NCBI GenBank assembly: GCA_026387835.1
Contig: JAPLKZ010000013.1
Location: 30,001-62,000 of the forward strand
Length of the DNA: 32,000 nucleotides
Source of the DNA: Candidatus Saganbacteria bacterium
GTDB taxonomy: Bacteria; Margulisbacteria; WOR-1; JAKLHX01
Direction: 5' to 3'
Shown: positions 8,507 through 15,288 of the stretch, piece by piece
How the letters are laid out: the number at the start of each line of letters is the position of its first letter
Position numbering within the stretch: the first letter of the stretch is position 1
Position numbers and translations under genes: made by a program
The notes under the pieces: generated by a model
What the model was told of the DNA's origin: nothing
What the model saw: the letters and a program-made list of their open reading frames with translations, nothing else
Database searches by the model: none

Positions 8507-11055
8507 AGACACTGACGGCGCATACAGGTCTTGACGGTTTGGATGCGGTCCTTAACGGACTGCTGATAGGGGACAATGTGGTCTGGCAGGTCGACGATGT
8601 TTCGGACTATAAAAAATTCGTTCTTCCTTTCGTAAAAAGAGCCCTCACCGATAAAAAGAAAGTCGTCTATATAAGGTTTGCCGATCATCCGCCGCTGCTC
8701 GAAAATACCGAAAAGATAACCGTCTACAAGATAGATCCTGAAAGCGGTTTTGAATCCTTCTCAACCCAGATACACAACATTGCCACAAAAGAAGGCGAAG
8801 GGACGTATTATGTCTTCGACTGCCTGTCCGATCTCCTTTCTTCATGGGCAACGGACCTCATGATCGGAAATTTCTTTCTTGTGACCTGCCCCTACCTTTA
8901 CGAACTTGATACGATAGCGTACTTCAGCGTCCTGAGGAACAGCCTTTCTTTCGAGACGATAGCGCGCATAAGGGAGACCACCCAGCTTTTGCTGGACCTT
9001 TTCAATATCAGGAACACGTATTATGTCCACCCGTTAAAAGTGTTCAACCGTTATTCCCCGACAATGTATCTTCCGCACATCCAAAAAGGAGAAAAATTCA
9101 TCCCCATCGTAAGCAGTGCAGATGCGGCGAACATATTTTCAGGAATATATAAAAAGGGCCCGGAAAGTGAAAAGAGAAAACTTGATTTCTGGGACAGGCT
9201 TTTTATCAGGGCGCAGGAATTATTCGAGAAAAAAGGCCCGAAAGAAGAACAGGAAAAGATGATCGACCAGCTTTGCAGGGTGATGATAGGCAAAGAAGAA
9301 AAGATGCTTGCTCTTGCAAAAAAGCATCTGGCGATCGACGACATTTTAAGTATCAAATCAAGGATGATAGGAACAGGATTTATCGGAGGCAAATCGGTCG
9401 GGATGCTGCTATCCAGAAGGATCCTTTTAAGCGATCCCTCGTGCGACTGGAGGTCCCAGCTTGAGCCGCACGATTCATTTTATGTGGGTTCCGATGTCTT
9501 TTATACATATATTGTCCAGAACGGCTGGTGGCGGCTTCTCATGGAACAGAAGACACAGGGGAAATATTTTGAGGCCGCGCAGGAACTTTCGGAAAAACTG
9601 CTCAAGGGGAGGTTCCCCCAGGAGATCAAGGAACAGTTCCAGGAGATGCTGGAATATTTTGGCCAGGCCCCGATAATCGTCAGGTCGTCGAGCCTGCTGG
9701 AAGACGGGTTCGGCAATGTTTTTGCCGGAAAATACGAAAGTATCTTTTGTGCCAACCAGGGGAGTCCCGAAGAACGTTATAAGAACTTTGAAAGCTCGGT
9801 AAAAAGGATATTTTCAAGCACGATGAACAAGGACGCGCTTTTCTACAGGATGCAGAAAGGTTTGACAGAACAGGAAGAACAGATGGCGCTCCTTGTGCAA
9901 AGGGTGTCAGGCTCGACAAAGAAACATTATTTCTTCCCGGACACCGCAGGGGTGGGCATCTCTCACAATATATTCATCTGGAACAAGGATATGGACCCGA
10001 AAGCGGGAATGCTGAGACTGGTTTTCGGCCTGGGGACCAGGGCGGTCAACAGGGTTGAAGATGATTATCCGAGGATAGTAGCGCTCGACGACCCCTTGTC
10101 GAGGCCGATAGCCGGCATAGAGGAGGCAAGAAAATACTCGCAGCACAAGATAGACCTTCTTGATATCTCAAAGAATTCACTTGAAACCCTTGAAATATCC
10201 GATGTGCTTTCGGAAGGGATAGATTTTGACATGGGGCTAATCGCGGAGCATGACGGTACTACGAACGGATCGTGGATATTGTCTTTTGATCCTTTTCTCA
10301 GGACAACGGAGTTTGCCGGTACAATGCAAAAGATGATGAAATTCCTTGAAGCCCAGTATAAGCATCCGGTAGATATAGAATTCACGGCAAATTTCACGAA
10401 AGACCGCGGTCTACAGATAAACCTTCTTCAATGCAGGCCTTTGCAGGCAAAAAGCGGGGAGGTGAAGATAGATATTCCGGAAGATATTGATAAATCCATG
10501 AAAGTCTTTTCTTCGGAGGGCGGTTTCATGGGCGGCAGCATATCAAGGTCTTTGAGAAGGCTTATATATGTAGATGCAAAGCTGTACAGCGAGCTTACAC
10601 AGTCTGCAAGATACGATATTGCCCGCGCGATCGGGAAACTGAACCACCTGATAAACGCAAAGGAAGAACTTCCGACGATCATAATAGGGCCGGGACGATG
10701 GGGGACGACGACCCCTTCGATGGGAATACCCGTCAGTTTTTCAGAGATCAACAACGCAAGCTGCCTGGTCGAGGTGTCTTTCAGGACAGCGAACCTTATC
10801 CCGGAGGTGTCTTTCGGGACCCATTTTTTCCAGGACCTGGTAGAGGGCGATATCTTTTACTCCGCCCTGTTCACTGAAAATAAAGATGTTTTGTTGAATT
10901 CGGACCTGGTCATGTCTTTTTCAAACAAGCTTTCCGGATTGCTGCCTGAATACGGGAAATATCAGGACGTCATCAGGGTCTGTGATTTTGAGGATAATAA
11001 ACTGATGCTGGCAGCGGATGTCATTTCACAGAAGGTCGTCTGTTTTATAAAATAA
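8503..11055 (+). CDS. Fusion protein: P-loop-less KaiC/RecA-like N-terminal domain + PEP/pyruvate-binding (PPDK_N, ATP-grasp) domain + conserved-looking C-terminal region; no phosphohistidine swivel domain
   Basis: ATG 8503 overlaps the gltD stop (ATGA, 8503-8506). N-terminus: TGLDGLDAVLNGLLIGDNVVWQVDD ... YYVFDCLSDLL. Middle: IGGKSVGMLL and IIVRSSSLLEDGFGNVFAGKYESIF (PPDK_N-type signatures). C-terminus: GPGRWGTTTPSMGIPVSFSEI, SFGTHFFQDLVE. No GGxTSHAA motif. Confidence 0.75.
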   Translation: MKTLTAHTGLDGLDAVLNGLLIGDNVVWQVDDVSDYKKFVLPFVKRALTDKKKVVYIRFADHPPLLENTEKITVYKIDPESGFESFSTQIHNIATKEGEGTYYVFDCLSDLLSSWATDLMIGNFFLVTCPYLYELDTIAYFSVLRNSLSFETIARIRETTQLLLDLFNIRNTYYVHPLKVFNRYSPTMYLPHIQKGEKFIPIVSSADAANIFSGIYKKGPESEKRKLDFWDRLFIRAQELFEKKGPKEEQEKMIDQLCRVMIGKEEKMLALAKKHLAIDDILSIKSRMIGTGFIGGKSVGMLLSRRILLSDPSCDWRSQLEPHDSFYVGSDVFYTYIVQNGWWRLLMEQKTQGKYFEAAQELSEKLLKGRFPQEIKEQFQEMLEYFGQAPIIVRSSSLLEDGFGNVFAGKYESIFCANQGSPEERYKNFESSVKRIFSSTMNKDALFYRMQKGLTEQEEQMALLVQRVSGSTKKHYFFPDTAGVGISHNIFIWNKDMDPKAGMLRLVFGLGTRAVNRVEDDYPRIVALDDPLSRPIAGIEEARKYSQHKIDLLDISKNSLETLEISDVLSEGIDFDMGLIAEHDGTTNGSWILSFDPFLRTTEFAGTMQKMMKFLEAQYKHPVDIEFTANFTKDRGLQINLLQCRPLQAKSGEVKIDIPEDIDKSMKVFSSEGGFMGGSISRSLRRLIYVDAKLYSELTQSARYDIARAIGKLNHLINAKEELPTIIIGPGRWGTTTPSMGIPVSFSEINNASCLVEVSFRTANLIPEVSFGTHFFQDLVEGDIFYSALFTENKDVLLNSDLVMSFSNKLSGLLPEYGKYQDVIRVCDFEDNKLMLAADVISQKVVCFIK

Positions 11056-11090
11056 ACGCAGCTCATCTTTTAAACTTAAATCATCAATTC

Positions 11091-11119
11091 TTGAAAGCGG
11101 TGCGCTTTCACGATATACT
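11091..11119 (+). promoter_or_regulatory. Sigma-70-type promoter for tRNA-Met / rluA-family operon
   Basis: TTGAAA (11091-11096), a 17-nt spacer, then TATACT (11114-11119); the tRNA starts 12 nt downstream. The spacer also contains an 8-bp hairpin, TGAAAGCG-GTG-CGCTTTCA (11092-11110). That hairpin could alternatively act as a weak terminator for the upstream gene, but it has no T-tract. Confidence 0.5.
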
Positions 11120-11130
11120 TAAAAATATCC

Positions 11131-11202
11131 GGGCCCATAGCTCAATGGTGGAGCAATCGGCTCATAACCGACAGGTTCTAGGTTCGAATCCTAGTGGGCC
11201 CA
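11131..11202 (+). tRNA. tRNA with CAT anticodon: elongator tRNA-Met, or tRNA-Ile2 if lysidine-modified; not initiator-like
   Basis: Cloverleaf by hand: acceptor GGGCCCA/TGGGCCC, D arm GCTC-AATGGTG-GAGC, anticodon arm ATCGG-CTCATAA-CCGAC, T arm CTAGG-TTCGAAT-CCTAG, discriminator A. G1-C72 pair and only two G-C pairs at the anticodon-stem base argue against initiator. No encoded CCA. Confidence 0.9.
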
Positions 11203-11211
11203 TCTATTATT

Positions 11212-11877
11212 ATGAATATCCCCATCTTATATGAAGACGAGCAGATCATTGCTGTCGATAAACCTCCGCGCGTTTCGACGATCCCTAATACTTCCACACC
11301 CAGGGAAGAATCACTTGTAGGCATGCTTGAGGAACGGTTTGAAAGGAAGTTTTTTGTAGTCCACCGGCTGGATAAGGATACTTCCGGTGTAATTGTCTTT
11401 GCTTTGGATCCAGCTACGCATAGGGACTTGAATATCCAGTTTGAACAGCAGAAAGTAGAAAAAAAATATATCGGTATTGTGGAAGGCAAAACGGATTTTG
11501 TTGAAAAGAAAATTTCGATCCCAATCTCAAAAAGCAAGATCGGATCAAAAAAGGTCGCTCTTTCAAGCAAGGGGTTCGAGGCGATAACTATCGTAAAGAC
11601 ATTAAAAAATCTAAAAGGTTATTCAATAGTTGAAATACGGCCTGTGACAGGCAAAAGGCACCAGATAAGGCTTCATCTGAAAGCTATCGGTCACCCGCTC
11701 GCGATAGACGAGCTTTACGGCAGGAAAGAACCCATCATTATAAACGGGAAGATCGTTTTAGACAGAATGCCTTTGCACGCGTCTGAAATATCGTTCGTCC
11801 ATCCGGGCAGACAGGAAAAGATCACCATCAGCTCGGAAATTCCTCAGGATATGAACGGTTTTATAAGTTCGCTTTAA
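11212..11877 (+). CDS. RluA-family pseudouridine synthase
   Basis: HRLDKDTSGVIVFA (catalytic Asp motif), VTGKRHQIRLHL, MPLHASEISF. ATG 11212 is chosen because the GTG at 11194 in the ORF track lies inside the tRNA. Confidence 0.88.
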   Translation: MNIPILYEDEQIIAVDKPPRVSTIPNTSTPREESLVGMLEERFERKFFVVHRLDKDTSGVIVFALDPATHRDLNIQFEQQKVEKKYIGIVEGKTDFVEKKISIPISKSKIGSKKVALSSKGFEAITIVKTLKNLKGYSIVEIRPVTGKRHQIRLHLKAIGHPLAIDELYGRKEPIIINGKIVLDRMPLHASEISFVHPGRQEKITISSEIPQDMNGFISSL

Positions 11878-11880
11878 AAA

Positions 11881-11889
11881 TGTTATTAT
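11881..11889 (+). promoter_or_regulatory. Extended -10-like box 8 nt upstream of the start codon (possible leaderless or short-leader promoter)
   Basis: TGTTATTAT, then 8 nt (AGAATATT), then ATG 11898. No Shine-Dalgarno sequence is present. Confidence 0.35.
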
Positions 11890-11897
11890 AGAATATT

Positions 11898-12494
11898 ATG
11901 ACAAAAGATATCTGGAAACCAGGAACGATGGTCTATCCGCTGCCCGCGGTCATGGTAACCTGCGGCGAGTACAGGAAGGGCGGGACCACGGAGAACTCCA
12001 ACATAATTACGCTTTCCTGGGTCGGGACCGTGTGTACTGATCCCGCAATGGTATCTATCTCAATAAGGCCCGAAAGATATTCGCATGCGATCATCGAAAA
12101 ATCAGGCGAGTTCGTGATCAACCTGACAACAAGGGGGCTTGCTTTTGCGACTGACTATTGCGGGATGAGGTCCGGAAGGAACGAGGACAAGTTCCAGAAA
12201 ATGAAACTGACGCCTCTCGAAGCAAGGACCGTGAGCGCGCCGCTGATAAAGGAAAGCCCGGTGAATATCGAGTGCAAGGTCACAGAGATCAAAAAACTCG
12301 GTAGCCACGATATGTTCCTTGCCGAAGTGATCTGCATACATGCCGACAGAAACTTCATCGACAAAAAAGGTGTCTTTGACATGGAAGAAGCGGACCTCAT
12401 CTGCTACAGCCACGGAAAATATTTCGCAATGGGTAAATATCTCGGCCATTTCGGGTTCTCGGTGGGGAAGAAAAAAAGACTTAAAGACAAATAA
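11898..12494 (+). CDS. Flavin reductase-like (FMN-binding split-barrel) domain protein
   Basis: MVYPLPAVMVTCGE...NIITLSWVGTVCTDPAMVSISIRPERYSHAIIEKSGEFVINL follows the Flavin_Reduct domain pattern. Confidence 0.78.
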   Translation: MTKDIWKPGTMVYPLPAVMVTCGEYRKGGTTENSNIITLSWVGTVCTDPAMVSISIRPERYSHAIIEKSGEFVINLTTRGLAFATDYCGMRSGRNEDKFQKMKLTPLEARTVSAPLIKESPVNIECKVTEIKKLGSHDMFLAEVICIHADRNFIDKKGVFDMEEADLICYSHGKYFAMGKYLGHFGFSVGKKKRLKDK

Positions 12495-12530
12495 GACATC
12501 AAGCGTGCAGGCGTTCTTCAGCATTCATAA

Positions 12531-12539
12531 TGTTATAAT
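12531..12539 (+). promoter_or_regulatory. Extended -10-like box 8 nt upstream of the start codon (possible leaderless or short-leader promoter)
   Basis: TGTTATAAT, then 8 nt (CTATCCAA), then ATG 12548. No SD. The start is fixed by the signal peptide that begins at this Met. Confidence 0.4.
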
Positions 12540-12547
12540 CTATCCAA

Positions 12548-15259
12548 ATGTCCCGGAAAATACTGATACCGGTCTTTATCTTCATTCTGTTAGTATCTTT
12601 CATCTCCGTATCCCACGCATGGTCTGACTGGAGAACATACAAAACAAAACATTTTACCGTGTTCTACAAGCCGGGGCTCGAAGACAAAGCGTGGAAAATA
12701 CTTCAATCCCTTGAATATTACAGGACTAAAGTGGAAAGCCTGGCGGGGAACACCTGCCTGAACACAAATATTATAGTCCAGGACGTCGGGAACCTCGTCA
12801 ACGGATATACCGAACCGGCATTGAACAGGATCGAACTCAATATCAAGTCACCGTCCGAAGGGCAGCTGCAGCTGAACCAGGACTGGTTCTCAACACTTAC
12901 AGTGCATGAGTACACGCACATGGCTGAGATATCCAACGTCAGCGGATTATTCAAGATATTAACGGACGTATTCGGCCCGGCTTTATACCCTAACGCGATA
13001 TTTCCCCTGTGGGGGCTTGAAGGCATAGCCGTGTACAGCGAATCAAATTACAGCCCGTATTCAGGGAGGCTGAACGACGGTTTTTTTGACGCCTATGTGA
13101 TGTCGAGGGCAAAGGAAGGTGATTTTCCTTCGATCGAAGAAGCGACGTTCATGCCTGTCGATTATCCCTGGCACGGCGGTGCATATATGTACGGCAGCGA
13201 GTTCTACAGGTTTCTCTCACAAAAATACGGGCAGGACAGCCTGACAAAATTCTTTAAATATTACGGCGGCAGCATACCGGTCCTGCAGATCGGGACTACC
13301 GCAAGGGCGGCTTTCGGAAAGAACTTTCCGCACCTGTGGGAAGACTGGAAAGAATATGAAAAAGAAAAAGCAAAAAATTTCAAAGTCGACGGGGACCGGT
13401 TCACACAGCACGGCTGGATAATAAAAAACCCGGTCATCGAGAGCGGCAAACTTTATTTTTCACGCGGATACCCGGTAAAGACGGCTGCTTTTACAAGCTA
13501 TTGGTTTTCCCAGATAATCGAAAAAGATCTGGACACGGGACAGGAAAAGGTGATTGCGAGCTCAGCACCATACAGAGGTATTCTTTCAAAAGTGATGATA
13601 GGAGACCTGCTCAAGATAAAAAACGGTATGCTCTATTATTCCGAGGAAGACAAGATGCCGGGGTTCAGCAACGAATCTCTCGGAGGAAAAGGGTTCGTCA
13701 ACAAGATCCATGCCAAAGACCTGAAGACCGGCAAGACAAGCGTACTGTTCGAAGATGATATCAGGGACCTTGAAGTGCTTGAGGACGGCAATATTATATA
13801 TTCTAAGGACAGGGAAGATCCTTTTGGTTCGCAATTGATCGTCTTTGACAGGAAAACCTTAAAAAATTCGGTCCTGATGCAGACAGATCTTTTGATTGAC
13901 AGGATGATCGCTAAAAGCGGCGACCTATATGTCTGCGCGAGGAAGGACCTTGAGAACTTCGGCATCTACAAGATCGGTCTTGATTCAAAAAAGATATCAG
14001 AAATAGTGCAGACCCCTTATTTCGAGGGCGGGCATTCACTTAACGGTAATAATCTATTTTTCAGTTCAAATTATGGAGGGAAATATAACCTGTACAGCTA
14101 CAATATAGGATCACAAATAATTTCTAAGGTCTCAAGCGGCGGATATGAAGAACATCCGGTCTATGATGAGAAGAACAACAAGTTATATTTTATCGGTGTT
14201 ACCGGTGACGGCTACGACATTTTTAAAAAGAACATGGAAAGCTTCAAATTCGTTCCTCCCATGGCCGTCAGAGAAGACAAGGCCGATCTCACACTTAAGA
14301 AAGAAGATGTCAAACAGGGGGATTATTCAGACAATATCAATTCGCTGTTCCCGCCTTACACAAGAATTCCTATGCTCTTGTTTGACGGCTCTTCAGCGCA
14401 AAGCGGGCTTTTCTTCACCGGGCAGGACGCGATAGGCAATTTTCCATATAAAGCCCTGGCTCTTTATGACAGCGGAAAGAAAAAAATGGTATTAAGCACC
14501 AGTGTCCAGACCAACTTTTTCTCGCCTGCGATCGCTTCGATAGGATACGCTGACGACACGACCTCCCAGATCAGCGGCCAGGTCGTTTATCCTTTGATAG
14601 ATAAAATAGCAATGGGTCTGTCTTCGTTTGATCTCGGCCTTTACGGCAGCTCTTTCGATAACTATTCAAGAAAGATGGTCGAGCCTTTTTTATCAGCCGG
14701 ATTTAACCTTCCGAACACGATATTTAATGTTTCATCCGGTATCATGTTTGAACGCCTCAGGTTAGGGTCCTCTATTTCCAGGACAGGCTATATCGGAAGG
14801 CTTGATATCTCGGCATTTTTCCTGCACAACGGCCTGGACGCGTCCGCGGTCGCCATTTATGATCCCGATAACCCGTCCGACGTGTTCCCGCAGATAAGGG
14901 GTTATCAGGCGGCGCTTACGGACAAGAGCGGCATGATCTTGTCGGCAGAGATAAACAGGCGGCTGTTGAAAATAAGGCAGGGCTGGTGGTCGAAAGGCCT
15001 GTATTTTGAGGACCTGTGCGGGCTTGTTTTCATTGACGGAGCTTCATCCACAGCCGGCAATTCCCAGCTTTCGGCAGGGGCGGAACTGCATCTTGAAATG
15101 AAGTCTATCGTGAACGTGGATCTCGGGCTCAGGTATTCCTATAACAAAGAGAACCAGTCGGGGTGGGCGGCGCTGATAAAAGTATACCTGCCGTTCAATA
15201 TTGATATGGACGGCAAGAGGCCTGTTTCTGACAGATTGATCAGCCGGAACCGTTTTTAA
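12548..15259 (+). CDS. Secreted multidomain protein: MA-clan HExxH metallopeptidase-like domain + beta-propeller-like repeat region + C-terminal Omp85/BamA-type beta-barrel
   Basis: Signal peptide MSRKILIPVFIFILLVSFISVSHA/WS. HEYTH at residues 120-124 (nt 12905-12919), followed by EGIAVYSE (gluzincin-like third ligand). The middle is rich in short beta-repeat segments. The C-terminal ~300 aa have alternating-hydrophobic strands, the Omp85 L6-loop motif IRGY (nt 14894-14905), the motif VFIDGAS, and a terminal Phe. Confidence 0.6.
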   Translation: MSRKILIPVFIFILLVSFISVSHAWSDWRTYKTKHFTVFYKPGLEDKAWKILQSLEYYRTKVESLAGNTCLNTNIIVQDVGNLVNGYTEPALNRIELNIKSPSEGQLQLNQDWFSTLTVHEYTHMAEISNVSGLFKILTDVFGPALYPNAIFPLWGLEGIAVYSESNYSPYSGRLNDGFFDAYVMSRAKEGDFPSIEEATFMPVDYPWHGGAYMYGSEFYRFLSQKYGQDSLTKFFKYYGGSIPVLQIGTTARAAFGKNFPHLWEDWKEYEKEKAKNFKVDGDRFTQHGWIIKNPVIESGKLYFSRGYPVKTAAFTSYWFSQIIEKDLDTGQEKVIASSAPYRGILSKVMIGDLLKIKNGMLYYSEEDKMPGFSNESLGGKGFVNKIHAKDLKTGKTSVLFEDDIRDLEVLEDGNIIYSKDREDPFGSQLIVFDRKTLKNSVLMQTDLLIDRMIAKSGDLYVCARKDLENFGIYKIGLDSKKISEIVQTPYFEGGHSLNGNNLFFSSNYGGKYNLYSYNIGSQIISKVSSGGYEEHPVYDEKNNKLYFIGVTGDGYDIFKKNMESFKFVPPMAVREDKADLTLKKEDVKQGDYSDNINSLFPPYTRIPMLLFDGSSAQSGLFFTGQDAIGNFPYKALALYDSGKKKMVLSTSVQTNFFSPAIASIGYADDTTSQISGQVVYPLIDKIAMGLSSFDLGLYGSSFDNYSRKMVEPFLSAGFNLPNTIFNVSSGIMFERLRLGSSISRTGYIGRLDISAFFLHNGLDASAVAIYDPDNPSDVFPQIRGYQAALTDKSGMILSAEINRRLLKIRQGWWSKGLYFEDLCGLVFIDGASSTAGNSQLSAGAELHLEMKSIVNVDLGLRYSYNKENQSGWAALIKVYLPFNIDMDGKRPVSDRLISRNRF

Positions 15260-15288
15260 TCGCGAATATTTATGATAACATAATCGGT

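Noticed and set aside
8209-8688. A 159-aa minus-strand ORF spanning the junction between gltD and the next gene.
   Set aside because: It is antisense to two well-supported + strand genes and has no SD.
11194-11211. The GTG start at 11194 for the pseudouridine synthase, as in the ORF track.
   Set aside because: It would place the first codons inside the tRNA T arm and acceptor stem. ATG 11212 gives a normal RluA-family N-terminus (MNIPILYEDE).
12102-12524. A 140-aa minus-strand ORF.
   Set aside because: It is antisense to the flavin-reductase-like gene, which has clear family motifs.
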